Below, piece after piece: positions 8,985 to 18,088 of a DNA stretch of 63,925 nucleotides. Each line of letters starts with the position of its first letter. The first letter of the stretch is position 1. Location: positions 1 through 63,925 of the forward strand of contig CALFLU010000103.1 of NCBI GenBank assembly GCA_937880125.1, read 5' to 3'. The position numbers were made by a program, and so were the translations under genes. The notes below the pieces were generated by a model. It saw only the letters and a list, made by a program, of their open reading frames with translations, was not told the DNA's origin and ran no database searches. The stretch is from an uncultured Eubacteriaceae bacterium (GTDB lineage: Bacteria > Bacillota > Clostridia > Eubacteriales > UBA1433).

Positions 8985-9043
8985 AATGAAAGAGACCCTT
9001 TCTCGGCTCACAAGCTAAGGCTTGTGGACTCGAGAAAGAGTCC
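8985..9043 (-). terminator. terminator hairpin downstream of tRNA-Leu
   Basis: A long hairpin (8994-9005 with 9031-9042, plus inner CACAAGC/GCTTGTG). On the minus strand it is followed by UCUUUCAUUU. Confidence 0.55.
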
Positions 9044-9058
9044 TTTTCATTTGCTTTT

Positions 9059-9083
9059 CTTCATTTGGTGCGGATGACAGGAG
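9059..9083. repeat. right copy of the att-like direct repeat (tRNA-Leu 3' end plus 7-nt flank)
   Basis: CTTCATTTGGTGCG-GATGACAGGAG, to be compared with 6801-6830. Confidence 0.6.
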
Positions 9084-9149
9084 TTGAACCTGCACGTCGT
9101 AGACACCAGATCCTAAGTCTGGCGCGTCTGCCAATTCCGCCACATCCGC
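9066..9149 (-). tRNA. tRNA-Leu(UAG), type II with long variable arm, encoded CCA
   Basis: Reverse complement is GCGGATGTGGCGGAATTGGCAGACGCGCCAGACTTAGGATCTGGTGTCTACGACGTGCAGGTTCAACTCCTGTCATCCGCACCA. The anticodon loop is CTTAGGA. Confidence 0.93.
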
Positions 9150-9174
9150 ATATATTGCCTGAAAAGGCTTTATC

Positions 9175-9203
9175 ATAGTAGCAAAAGAACTGTTTTTTGT
9201 CAA
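9175..9203 (-). promoter_or_regulatory. promoter for tRNA-Leu
   Basis: Minus strand reads TTGACA, 17 nt, TACTAT, about 25 nt upstream of the tRNA 5' end. Confidence 0.6.
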
Positions 9204-9216
9204 CAAAATTCCATGG

Positions 9217-9687
9217 CTAAAAGCTCCATATACGTCGGTCAAGCTGAGCATTTTCGCCTGCCATTTTTGCACCGATAATAAAAGCAACCAATAAAATACC
9301 ATGAACGGCAAGTGCTTGATAATTTTTTATGATAATCAACAAAGGCGTATCGGCCAACACAAAAAAGCACAGCCACAAAAACGCCCATCGCCGCTGCTTA
9401 TAAGCGAAAATTGCCAAAAATACCAAAACAGCCAACAACACAAAAAACAATGCAATCAACATAATACCCACACCCATCTCTTCATTGGCAACGGCACGAA
9501 ACCCATAGCTGTATAAAAGGTCAGGGATAATCACCCGCGCAAAAGCAAAATCGCGTGCCAATTTTAAGGTTGTCGAAAGCGCATTATAGGCCGTCATGGC
9601 AACAAGCACAAAGCCCGCCAAAGAAGCCAATGTAATATTTCTCGTATATTGCTTTTTCAATCTTTGATAATCGATACTACTCAGCAT
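9217..9687 (-). CDS. polytopic membrane protein, unknown function
   Basis: 156-aa ORF with 4 hydrophobic segments. It overlaps the 3' end of the upstream peptidase gene by 11 nt. Confidence 0.55.
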   Translation of the reverse strand: MLSSIDYQRLKKQYTRNITLASLAGFVLVAMTAYNALSTTLKLARDFAFARVIIPDLLYSYGFRAVANEEMGVGIMLIALFFVLLAVLVFLAIFAYKQRRWAFLWLCFFVLADTPLLIIIKNYQALAVHGILLVAFIIGAKMAGENAQLDRRIWSF

Positions 9688-10936
9688 GGATGTTTTTCCT
9701 TTGCATATAGTTTTCTATCTCGTCCGCTTGTTTTATGATCTCTTTTGTCAATACCTCGCAGCCGTCTTTTGTTACCAACACGTCATCTTCAATGCGAATG
9801 CCGATACCCAGTTGTTTTATGTACAAGCCCGGTTCAATGGTAATAATCATCCCTGCCGCCAGGGCTATGGTTTTATCCAGAGAATCATGGGCATCCAACC
9901 CCAGACTGTGGCCGATGGTATGGTAATAATAATTGCGCAACTCATCCTTTGATGTTAAAATTTCCAAATCTTTTAGACCGTTATAAAACACTTCCTGAGC
10001 ACACTGCTCAATTTCGGCAAAGCTAACACCTTCTTTGACGCAGGCAATGGCGCGTTCATTTGCCGTTAGAACAATATCGTATATTTTTCGTTGCATGTTC
10101 GTAAATTTGCCCCCGGCAGGAAACGTTCGTGTGACATCTGCACAATAATAATCCTTTGCCGCCCCAACGTCCGCAAGCACCAGCGCATCTTTTTCTATGA
10201 TGCTGTCGTTGCTGTCATAATGCAGCACCAGGCCGTTGGCGCCCGAGGCAATGATCGGCGAAAAGGACATGGTTGCATCGGCTTTGATAACTTCGTATGT
10301 AAATGCCGCCTCCAACTCTTTTTCGCTGATACCCTCGCGGCTGACACGCATCATATGCTTTATGCCCTTATTGGTCACTTCTGCCGCTTGGCGAATCAAC
10401 GCCACTTCATCCTCTTGCTTCACAGCCCGCAAAGGCATCATCATCTCACCGATGTGTTTTATTTGCAGATAAGGATATTTTTGCGACAATTCCTCGCTCA
10501 TTTTTCCCTGTGGCGAGGTATATGCTTTCCATGTCGTTGCACGCGGTGTGTTGATCCAAAGCGTTTTATGCTGATTTTTTGCCATCGCCGAAGCAAAATG
10601 ATGGTGAAATTGATCCAAATAAGCAATGTTTTCAATGCCGGACATGGCCGTCAATTCTTCTTTTGTATAGCGGTACCCTGTCCATTTTTCTTCCAATTCA
10701 TCTTTTCTGTATACAAAAAGTGTTTCTTTTACTTCTTTTTCTGTTTTCTCGACAAAATAGATAAAATCCGGCAGTTTTAATCCTGTCAAATAAAAAAAAT
10801 CTCTATCTGCTTCAAAAGCAAAATGCATATCCGCACTGGAAGCATACAGGGTATTGGCGTGCACCAGCGCAACACTGTTGTTTTCTATTTTTTCTTGAAA
10901 TTTTTGTCTGTTTCGTTTTAAAAAATCAATTTTCAC
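9677..10936 (-). CDS. M24-family Xaa-Pro aminopeptidase/dipeptidase
   Basis: 419-aa ORF with a creatinase-like N-domain and the M24 metal-ligand pattern (DVGAAKDYYCADVTRT, HTIGHSLGLDAHD, ITIEPGLY, IRIEDD). Confidence 0.85.
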   Translation of the reverse strand: MKIDFLKRNRQKFQEKIENNSVALVHANTLYASSADMHFAFEADRDFFYLTGLKLPDFIYFVEKTEKEVKETLFVYRKDELEEKWTGYRYTKEELTAMSGIENIAYLDQFHHHFASAMAKNQHKTLWINTPRATTWKAYTSPQGKMSEELSQKYPYLQIKHIGEMMMPLRAVKQEDEVALIRQAAEVTNKGIKHMMRVSREGISEKELEAAFTYEVIKADATMSFSPIIASGANGLVLHYDSNDSIIEKDALVLADVGAAKDYYCADVTRTFPAGGKFTNMQRKIYDIVLTANERAIACVKEGVSFAEIEQCAQEVFYNGLKDLEILTSKDELRNYYYHTIGHSLGLDAHDSLDKTIALAAGMIITIEPGLYIKQLGIGIRIEDDVLVTKDGCEVLTKEIIKQADEIENYMQRKNIHAE

Positions 10937-10940
10937 TTGT

Positions 10941-11567
10941 TTACTCCCAATAGTTAAAGTGTGTCAACTTTCCGTTCATCACATCATCAATGTCGATTAC
11001 TTTTAAAATTTCTCCGTCGTCTTTGTTGCACTCGGCAATCAATATACTCGCATTAGACATAATCGGACCTCTGTGCTCCTGCAATTCTTTGCCGACAATC
11101 GCAGCGGAAAGCGCCCAAATGGTCCCACCATGGGTTGTAAACAGGCAGGTGCCTTCTTGGCCGCGCATTTCATCGATATAGCGCTTTCGGTCAGCATAAA
11201 ACTCCAACCACATCTCGCCGTTGGGGTATCTGAAATCAAAAATGTTTTTTTTATATTCTTCCAGATCCACATTCAGTTTTTCAAATTCGTCAAAAGCCAC
11301 ACCTTCCATATCGCCAAAATTAATTTCGCCCAACCAGGGCATAATGTGCACATCTTGCTGCAGCTTTTTTCCCACTTCTTCTCCGATGTATTTTGACCTT
11401 AATATGGGGCTGGCATAAATGGCATCATACTCTGCCGTGCTCAAAAAATCAATCAGCGCTTGCGCCTGTTTGTGCCCGTGCTCCGTATAGGGTGAGTTTG
11501 TAACACCCACCAGTCTGTTTTCAAAATTGGCAACTGTTTGCGGGTGTCGTACCAAGATAAATCGCAT
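10941..11567 (-). CDS. histidine phosphatase family protein (phosphoglycerate-mutase-like)
   Basis: 208-aa ORF starting MRFILVRHPQT (the RHG-type catalytic motif), with a later TTHGGTI. Confidence 0.8.
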   Translation of the reverse strand: MRFILVRHPQTVANFENRLVGVTNSPYTEHGHKQAQALIDFLSTAEYDAIYASPILRSKYIGEEVGKKLQQDVHIMPWLGEINFGDMEGVAFDEFEKLNVDLEEYKKNIFDFRYPNGEMWLEFYADRKRYIDEMRGQEGTCLFTTHGGTIWALSAAIVGKELQEHRGPIMSNASILIAECNKDDGEILKVIDIDDVMNGKLTHFNYWE

Positions 11568-11663
11568 CGCATTGCTCCTATCAAATTTGTTCCATTATAG
11601 CACTTATTTCAAATTTTTAAAAGAAGTGTTATAATATGCTTTGACTTATAAGGAGGAATCAAA

Positions 11664-12983
11664 ATGGACTATGCCTCAGCGCTTGACTACATTCATTCAC
11701 GCAACAAATTCGGAATCAAATTGGGCCTTGACAACATCTCTGCACTGCTTGCCAGCATGGGTTGTTTGCAAGACGACCTCAGGTTTATTCATATTGCCGG
11801 CACCAACGGCAAAGGCTCCACCTCCAGCATGCTTTCCCATGCGCTTTGTGCCTGCGGTTACAAAACAGGTCTTTTTATTTCTCCCTATGTGGTCTGCTTC
11901 AACGAACGTATACAAATCAACAACGAATATATTCCCGATGCGCGTCTGGCAGAAATCACACACAGCCTCAGCAAGCAAATCGAATTTAATACACAACAAG
12001 GCATTGCGCCACCCTCGGAGTTTGAGCTGATTACGGCCATTGCCATACAATATTTTTACGAAGAAGGCGCAGATGTCATCGTATGGGAAACCGGCATGGG
12101 CGGCAGACTTGATGCCACCAATGTCATCAGCACGAATTTGCTGAGCATTATCACCTCCATCAGCCACGACCATAAGGAGCATTTGGGTCATGATCTGGCG
12201 CAAATCGCCTATGAAAAAGCTTGCATTATCAAGCCCGAAAGGCCTTGTGTGCTCATGCACCAGTCTGCCCTGGTCGAAAATGTCATCTGCAAAAAAGCCC
12301 TGGAACTCAATTCGGAGGTCTACATTGCTGATGAAGAGGATTTGCGCTTAATTGAGTCTTCCTACACCTATCAAAGCGTTCTCTACGATCAAAAACATCT
12401 CATTCGTCTTCCCCTTGCCGGGCAATATCAGCTGCGCAATTTGGCTTGTGTCATGAAAGCGCTGGAGCTTTTGCACGCTCAAGGCATCTATATCCAATTC
12501 AAAGTTGCCATCGAGGGCATCGAAAAAATGCAATTCCCCGGCCGTTTCGAGATATTATACCGCAATCCATTGGTGATAATTGATGCGGCACACAACGAAG
12601 AAGGTGTGCAAATGCTCAACGAAAATATCCGCTCTTTCTTTGAAGGCGTTGATGTGACTCTCTTTGTCGGCAAGCTTCGCGACAAGGATTTTTCCGACTC
12701 CTTTGCGGAACTGTTGCAAAACAAACAAACAATCTATACGTTAACACCTCCCAACGAACGCGCCATGAGCGCAGAAGAGTTAACGCAGTTTATCTCGGAG
12801 CATTATCATATTGCAACTACACCGATTGCCGTCGACTCTATTTGCCAATACATTGCTAACAACCCGAAAAACAAAACCGTTTATATCATAGCGGGCTCCA
12901 TCTATCTCATCAGTTCTGTTCGGGCATCTCTTTTGTCAGAGAAGTGCGCCCGCAGCATGCCTAAAGGCACTCTAACGAGGTGA
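11664..12983 (+). CDS. folC: bifunctional folylpolyglutamate synthase / dihydrofolate synthase
   Basis: 439-aa ORF with Mur-ligase P-loop HIAGTNGKGST, ETGMGGRLDATN and IIDAAHN. Confidence 0.9.
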   Translation: MDYASALDYIHSRNKFGIKLGLDNISALLASMGCLQDDLRFIHIAGTNGKGSTSSMLSHALCACGYKTGLFISPYVVCFNERIQINNEYIPDARLAEITHSLSKQIEFNTQQGIAPPSEFELITAIAIQYFYEEGADVIVWETGMGGRLDATNVISTNLLSIITSISHDHKEHLGHDLAQIAYEKACIIKPERPCVLMHQSALVENVICKKALELNSEVYIADEEDLRLIESSYTYQSVLYDQKHLIRLPLAGQYQLRNLACVMKALELLHAQGIYIQFKVAIEGIEKMQFPGRFEILYRNPLVIIDAAHNEEGVQMLNENIRSFFEGVDVTLFVGKLRDKDFSDSFAELLQNKQTIYTLTPPNERAMSAEELTQFISEHYHIATTPIAVDSICQYIANNPKNKTVYIIAGSIYLISSVRASLLSEKCARSMPKGTLTR

Positions 12984-12987
12984 TCGA

Positions 12988-13464
12988 TTGAAATTAAAAT
13001 CAGCAAACAAACTGTCTCGCTACCTTTCAAGTCTATCGGCTCAACAAAAGCGTCTTGCCCTTGTCAGCACGCTTTTGCTTTTGCTGGTGCTTGCATTGAT
13101 CCCTTTCGGCGTTGAGCAACTGCAACTGAAAAACACGCCCATCAAGCACATTATCAGCTTAGAGTATGTTGAATACGAAGGTGAGCCCTTTAACAGCATC
13201 ATCCTTGCACGGCGCTACAGCGAAGATGCCGCTTTGTTGTCCGAATTTGAAACCGCGCTGCATCAAAGTCGTGTGCGCCCCTATGACAAACAAAACAATG
13301 TCCGTGAAATATTAATTATCAGAACCGAAGATAAAACAATTTATGCCTACATTCAAAACAATCTCTTGGGACTCAATTATGGGCAAGTCAAACTGCATTT
13401 TTCCCAATTGACCCATTTTTTACAGCGACTGCCCGCCACGGAGCTGACCACAAAGCAAAAATAG
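12988..13464 (+). CDS. membrane-anchored hypothetical protein
   Basis: 158-aa ORF with a TTG start, one N-terminal TM segment, and no recognisable domain. Confidence 0.45.
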   Translation: MKLKSANKLSRYLSSLSAQQKRLALVSTLLLLLVLALIPFGVEQLQLKNTPIKHIISLEYVEYEGEPFNSIILARRYSEDAALLSEFETALHQSRVRPYDKQNNVREILIIRTEDKTIYAYIQNNLLGLNYGQVKLHFSQLTHFLQRLPATELTTKQK

Positions 13465-13530
13465 TTGTAATATCATTGAAATTATGGTATATTACTGTGA
13501 TAATGCGATACAACAAAAAGGAGAAAGCCC

Positions 13531-14889
13531 ATGTCTTTTAAGGTCGAAAAAATTGAAAACGGAACAGCAACCATAAAAATCGAAGTCTCTCCGGAAGATT
13601 TCGAAAAAGCAATCGCAAAGGCGTTTGCAAAAAACAGAGACAAATTTAAAATCGACGGATTTCGCAAAGGAAAGGTGCCGCGCCAGATGATCGAAGCCAA
13701 ATACGGCAAAGGGGTCTTTTATGAAGATGCCATGGACGAAGCGTTTCCCGAAGAATACCTCAATATTTTGGAAAGCGGAGAAGTCAAAGTCGCTTCTCGC
13801 CCTTATATGAAAAGCATCGACGAGGTTGGCAGTGACACCGGACTGAAAATAACGATTGAAGTGGCGTTGTTGCCTGAAGTGGAATTGGCCGAATACGAAA
13901 CCGTTAGTGTCAATGCACTCAAATACACGCCAAAAGAAAAAGACGTTAAAGAAGAGCTCGAAAAGATGCAGCAACAAAATGCGCGTCTGCTCTCTTCCGA
14001 TAAAGCAGCGAAAAAAGGCGACACGGTCGTCATAGATTTTGAAGGGTTTGTTGATGACGTGGCCTTTGAAGGCGGCAAAGCCGATAACTACGCATTAGAA
14101 CTTGGCAGCAAATCTTTTATCGATACCTTTGAAGATCAACTCATCGGCAAAAAAGCCGATGAAGCCGTTGATGTCAAAGTAACGTTCCCCGAAAATTATC
14201 AAAGCACCGATTTATCGGGAAAAGAAGCTTTGTTCAAAGTATTGATTCGCGAAGTAAAAGTCAAGGAACTGCCGAAAATTGACGATGAATTTGCACAGGA
14301 AGTCAGCGAATTCGACACTTTGGATGAACTGAAAAAAGATTTGAAAGCCAAAATCAAAACAAAAAAAGAACAGGAACTGCGTCAAACAGCACAAAACCTG
14401 GTAGTGGAAAGTGTCATTGATAAGGCAAATGTTGTCATTTCCGACTTAATGGTAAACGAGCGTGCCGAAGCTTACAAAAACGATTTGGCAAAACAGCTTC
14501 AATCCAACGGAATCGATCCTGATTTATATTTTGGAGACGGTACTTCCGAAGAAACCAAAGACATCTTCGAAAAAATCAAACAGGATGCCTATGACCGAAT
14601 CAAAGGCGAAGCCGTCGTAGAAAAAATGTTGGAAAAAGAAAACATTACCGTCAGCGATGAAGAATTTGAAAACCAAATTCAAAAATACGCCGAACTCTAC
14701 AAAGTAGACGCGGAAGAATTCAAAAAACGCATTGTCCCCGAAAGACTGGAGGCCATTCGCGAAGAGGCGAAGACCGCAAAGCTTTTAGACAAATTAATGG
14801 ACTATGTAAAAGTCGAAAAACCGGCAGCCGCTAAAAAAGAAAGCGCCGCCGAAACCAAAGAAAAATCCGACGAGGAAAACACGAAATAA
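13531..14889 (+). CDS. tig: trigger factor
   Basis: 452-aa acidic ORF starting MSFKVEKIENGTATIKIEVS, with a GFRKGKVP motif and an FKBP-type middle domain. It precedes clpP-clpX. Confidence 0.93.
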   Translation: MSFKVEKIENGTATIKIEVSPEDFEKAIAKAFAKNRDKFKIDGFRKGKVPRQMIEAKYGKGVFYEDAMDEAFPEEYLNILESGEVKVASRPYMKSIDEVGSDTGLKITIEVALLPEVELAEYETVSVNALKYTPKEKDVKEELEKMQQQNARLLSSDKAAKKGDTVVIDFEGFVDDVAFEGGKADNYALELGSKSFIDTFEDQLIGKKADEAVDVKVTFPENYQSTDLSGKEALFKVLIREVKVKELPKIDDEFAQEVSEFDTLDELKKDLKAKIKTKKEQELRQTAQNLVVESVIDKANVVISDLMVNERAEAYKNDLAKQLQSNGIDPDLYFGDGTSEETKDIFEKIKQDAYDRIKGEAVVEKMLEKENITVSDEEFENQIQKYAELYKVDAEEFKKRIVPERLEAIREEAKTAKLLDKLMDYVKVEKPAAAKKESAAETKEKSDEENTK

Positions 14890-14916
14890 ATAAGCCTCGT
14901 CACAAGAGGTGAACAC

Positions 14917-15504
14917 ATGAATATGAATTTAGTACCTATGGTCGTTGAACAAACGGGACGCGGCGAGCGATCCTATGATATTTTTTCACGCCTTCTCAAA
15001 GAGAGAATCATCTTTTTAACAGGCGAAGTCAACGACACCAGCGCCAGTTTGATAGTAGCTCAACTGTTGTTTTTGGAGGCGGAGGATGCTTCCAAAGATA
15101 TTAACTTGTATATCAACAGCCCCGGAGGCTCCATTTCTGCGGGATTTGCTATCTTTGACACCATGAACTATGTCAAATGCGATATTTCAACCAACTGCAT
15201 TGGTCTTGCCGCATCCATGGGCGCATTCTTGCTCAGTGCAGGCACAAAAGGCAAAAGATATGCCCTGCCCAATGCGGAAATTATGATTCATCAGCCCCTT
15301 GGCGGAGCACAAGGGCAAAGCACCGACGTACAAATCTATGCGCATCGGTTGTTGCGCATGCGTCAAAAATTAAATGAAATTTTAAGCGAAAAAACAGGAC
15401 AGGATATCGAAATTATCAGCCGTGATACCGAGCGCGACAATTTTATGAGTGCACAGCAAGCATTGGAATACGGCTTGATCGACAAAATCCTGACGCACCG
15501 ATAA
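14917..15504 (+). CDS. clpP: ATP-dependent Clp protease proteolytic subunit
   Basis: 195-aa ORF with [15 protein letters not shown], the catalytic [11 protein letters not shown] and IMIHQPLGG. Confidence 0.96.
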   Translation: MNMNLVPMVVEQTGRGERSYDIFSRLLKERIIFLTGEVNDTSASLIVAQLLFLEAEDASKDINLYINSPGGSISAGFAIFDTMNYVKCDISTNCIGLAASMGAFLLSAGTKGKRYALPNAEIMIHQPLGGAQGQSTDVQIYAHRLLRMRQKLNEILSEKTGQDIEIISRDTERDNFMSAQQALEYGLIDKILTHR

Positions 15505-15528
15505 GCCACAGCCGGGAAAGGAATCAAA

Positions 15529-16872
15529 ATGAAAGATATTTGCAGTTTCTGCGGCAATCAACAAACCGAGGAAATTGATATCATCTCCAGCGGCAAAGCT
15601 TCTATTTGTTCGGAGTGTATCTTAAAATCCACTGAGATATTGCTTCATGAACGCAATGCGGCTTTTATACGCGGACTGAGCAATCTGAAATCCAGACGTA
15701 CTTTTATTGATGAAGCAGATAAAAGCTACGGCATAGACCACAAAACAGATTCTGCCGATGCCGCAAAGCGAAAGCTTCCCAAACCGCGCGAGATTAAAGC
15801 CTACCTCGACGAATACGCAGTCGGGCAAACCGCTGCCAAAAAAACGCTTTCTGTGGCTGTCTATAACCACTACAAACGCATTTTCATGGCAGAGCAGGCC
15901 GGTGATGTGGAGATCCAAAAAAGCAACGTTCTTTTGCTTGGCCCCACAGGCAGCGGCAAAACGCTTCTTGCCGAAACACTGGCAAAAAAACTCAATGTGC
16001 CTTTTGCGGTAACCGATGCCACTTCGCTTACCGAAGCAGGCTATGTGGGCGAAGATGTAGAAAACATTTTACTCAAGCTCATCCAGGCCGCAGACGGCGA
16101 TATCGAAGCCGCTCAACGCGGGATTATCTATATCGACGAAATTGATAAAGTATCCCGCAAAAGCGAAAATGCTTCCATTACGCGAGATGTCAGCGGAGAA
16201 GGCGTGCAGCAAGCACTGTTAAAAATTTTGGAAGGCACCACGGCCAATGTGCCGCCCCAGGGCGGACGCAAGCACCCCTATCAAGAGTTTTTGCAAATCA
16301 ATACAAAAAATATCCTTTTCATTTGCGGCGGCGCCTTTGACGGACTTGAAAAAATCATTCAAAAGCGTGTCGGCAAAAAAGGAATGGGATTTGAATCCGA
16401 CATCGAAGGCAATCAAAAGAAAAACAAGGGCGACTTGTTGTCTCAGGTAATGCCTGTGGACATTATCAAATACGGCTTGATTCCTGAATTGGTGGGGCGT
16501 ATTCCCGTCATTACCGCTTTGGATGAGTTGGATTTGGATACACTGCTGAAAATTCTCAAAGAACCCAAAAATTCTTTAACAAAGCAGTATAAAGCCTTGT
16601 TTAAAATCGACGGCATCGAACTTGAATTTGATGAGGACGCATTGACAGAAATTGCGCGCCTGACCTACGACAGAGGGCTGGGAGCTCGCGGTCTGCGCGG
16701 TATTATAGAAAGCGTCATGCTGCCCGTGATGTATTCTCTTCCTTCCGAAAAAAATGTGACCGAGTTTCGCGTTGACAAGGCACTGGTGGAGGCAAACGCC
16801 CCCGAATCCGCAAAAGCGGCAGCTGCTCTTGATGCAACCGCAGCAAAAATCGATCAAAAAAATGTCAGCTGA
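15529..16872 (+). CDS. clpX: ATP-dependent Clp protease ATP-binding subunit ClpX
   Basis: 447-aa ORF with an N-terminal zinc ribbon CSFCG...CSEC, Walker [18 protein letters not shown] and GARGLR. Confidence 0.96.
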   Translation: MKDICSFCGNQQTEEIDIISSGKASICSECILKSTEILLHERNAAFIRGLSNLKSRRTFIDEADKSYGIDHKTDSADAAKRKLPKPREIKAYLDEYAVGQTAAKKTLSVAVYNHYKRIFMAEQAGDVEIQKSNVLLLGPTGSGKTLLAETLAKKLNVPFAVTDATSLTEAGYVGEDVENILLKLIQAADGDIEAAQRGIIYIDEIDKVSRKSENASITRDVSGEGVQQALLKILEGTTANVPPQGGRKHPYQEFLQINTKNILFICGGAFDGLEKIIQKRVGKKGMGFESDIEGNQKKNKGDLLSQVMPVDIIKYGLIPELVGRIPVITALDELDLDTLLKILKEPKNSLTKQYKALFKIDGIELEFDEDALTEIARLTYDRGLGARGLRGIIESVMLPVMYSLPSEKNVTEFRVDKALVEANAPESAKAAAALDATAAKIDQKNVS

Positions 16873-16898
16873 ATCCGTTGAAAACGCATAACGAATCC

Positions 16899-16934
16899 AA
16901 AAGCTGCCGACACTATGTGCGGCAGCTTTTTTGT
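16899..16934 (+). terminator. intrinsic terminator after clpX
   Basis: AGCTGCCG-loop-CGGCAGCT followed by TTTTTT. Confidence 0.85.
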
Positions 16935-17064
16935 TTTCAAACTCATATTACGCTATAAAATGCAGATTTTTTTAGCACCGTCAATCTTTTTAGTTTTACG
17001 GATTGTCTTGCCCTTTGTTACAGATTTGATATAATATGTAAATCTCTTTCAGAAAGGCACCTCT

Positions 17065-17988
17065 ATGAAGATCGAAAAACGCAATATGATTTTGGCGGAT
17101 ATCGCAATTGTCCTGGTCGCTTTTATCTGGGGAAGCGGCTTTGCCGGCAACAAAATTCTTCTCAATGACGGCATGCACCCCATTCAGCTCATCGCTGCAC
17201 GGTTTGTGATTGCCACGATTCTTCTCTCCATCATCTTTTTTAAAAAATTAAAGGCCAACTTACATTCATTTTTGCCTGGTCTGCTCATTGGCGCGGTGCT
17301 GTTTGTCAGCTATATGCTGCAAACCATCGGCCTCAAATATACCACGGCAAGCAACAACGCTTTTTTGACCAGCATCTATGTCATCATCGTTCCTGCTGTT
17401 GCTTATTTTATCACCAAACGAAAACCGGATATTTTTAACCTTATTGCCGCCTTTTTGGTGCTCATCGGCATTGCTTTTTTGACCGTTGACTTTTCTAATT
17501 TTTCGATCGGCCAAAGTGTTACCTTTAAAGGGGATATGATGACGCTGCTGTGTGCTGTTTTTTATGCCTTACAAGTCACACTCATTGCTCACTATGCCCA
17601 AAAGCATGATCCTGTCGTATTGGCCATTGTGCAAATCGCCGTGGTGGCCGTTCTCAGTACGATTTGTGCATTGATCTTTGAAGGTACACACATGACCGTC
17701 ACAAGCAGCGGCATTGCCATTTTGTTGTATTTGGCGCTGATTGCCACCGCCGTTTGTTTGGTTTTGCAAAACGTTGCACAAAAATATACGACACCCACCC
17801 ACGCGGGATTGTTGATGAGTTTGGAAAGTGTCTTTGGCACACTGCTGGGTGTGTTGATTATGAACGATAAAATCAACGGACAAATGGGATTCGGCTTTTT
17901 TATTATTTTTATTGCTCTTGTTATCGCCGAAACCAAACTTTCCTTTTTGAAAAAAAACCTGCCCCCACAAAATCAAAAAGAAGCTTAA
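17065..17988 (+). CDS. EamA/DMT-family transporter
   Basis: 307-aa ORF with about 10 TM segments arranged as two EamA-like halves. Confidence 0.8.
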   Translation: MKIEKRNMILADIAIVLVAFIWGSGFAGNKILLNDGMHPIQLIAARFVIATILLSIIFFKKLKANLHSFLPGLLIGAVLFVSYMLQTIGLKYTTASNNAFLTSIYVIIVPAVAYFITKRKPDIFNLIAAFLVLIGIAFLTVDFSNFSIGQSVTFKGDMMTLLCAVFYALQVTLIAHYAQKHDPVVLAIVQIAVVAVLSTICALIFEGTHMTVTSSGIAILLYLALIATAVCLVLQNVAQKYTTPTHAGLLMSLESVFGTLLGVLIMNDKINGQMGFGFFIIFIALVIAETKLSFLKKNLPPQNQKEA

Positions 17989-18008
17989 TATCTTCTTTTT
18001 TAATCAAT

Positions 18009-18058
18009 AAAAAAAGCAGGTCGGTTGCCAATGGCAAATACCGACCTGCTATTTTTTC
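18009..18058. terminator. bidirectional terminator between the EamA gene (+) and the dehydratase gene (-)
   Basis: AGCAGGTCGG...CCGACCTGCT is a 10-bp stem flanked by an A-run and a T-run. Confidence 0.85.
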
Positions 18059-18088
18059 TCAGAACATATTCTTTGTTGAACCTATCTG

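Noticed and set aside
9015-9311. 98-aa minus-strand ORF
   Set aside because: It runs straight through the tRNA-Leu gene and its promoter. The tRNA cloverleaf is unambiguous.
10091-10780. 229-aa plus-strand ORF
   Set aside because: It is antisense to the M24 peptidase gene and its translation is low-complexity.
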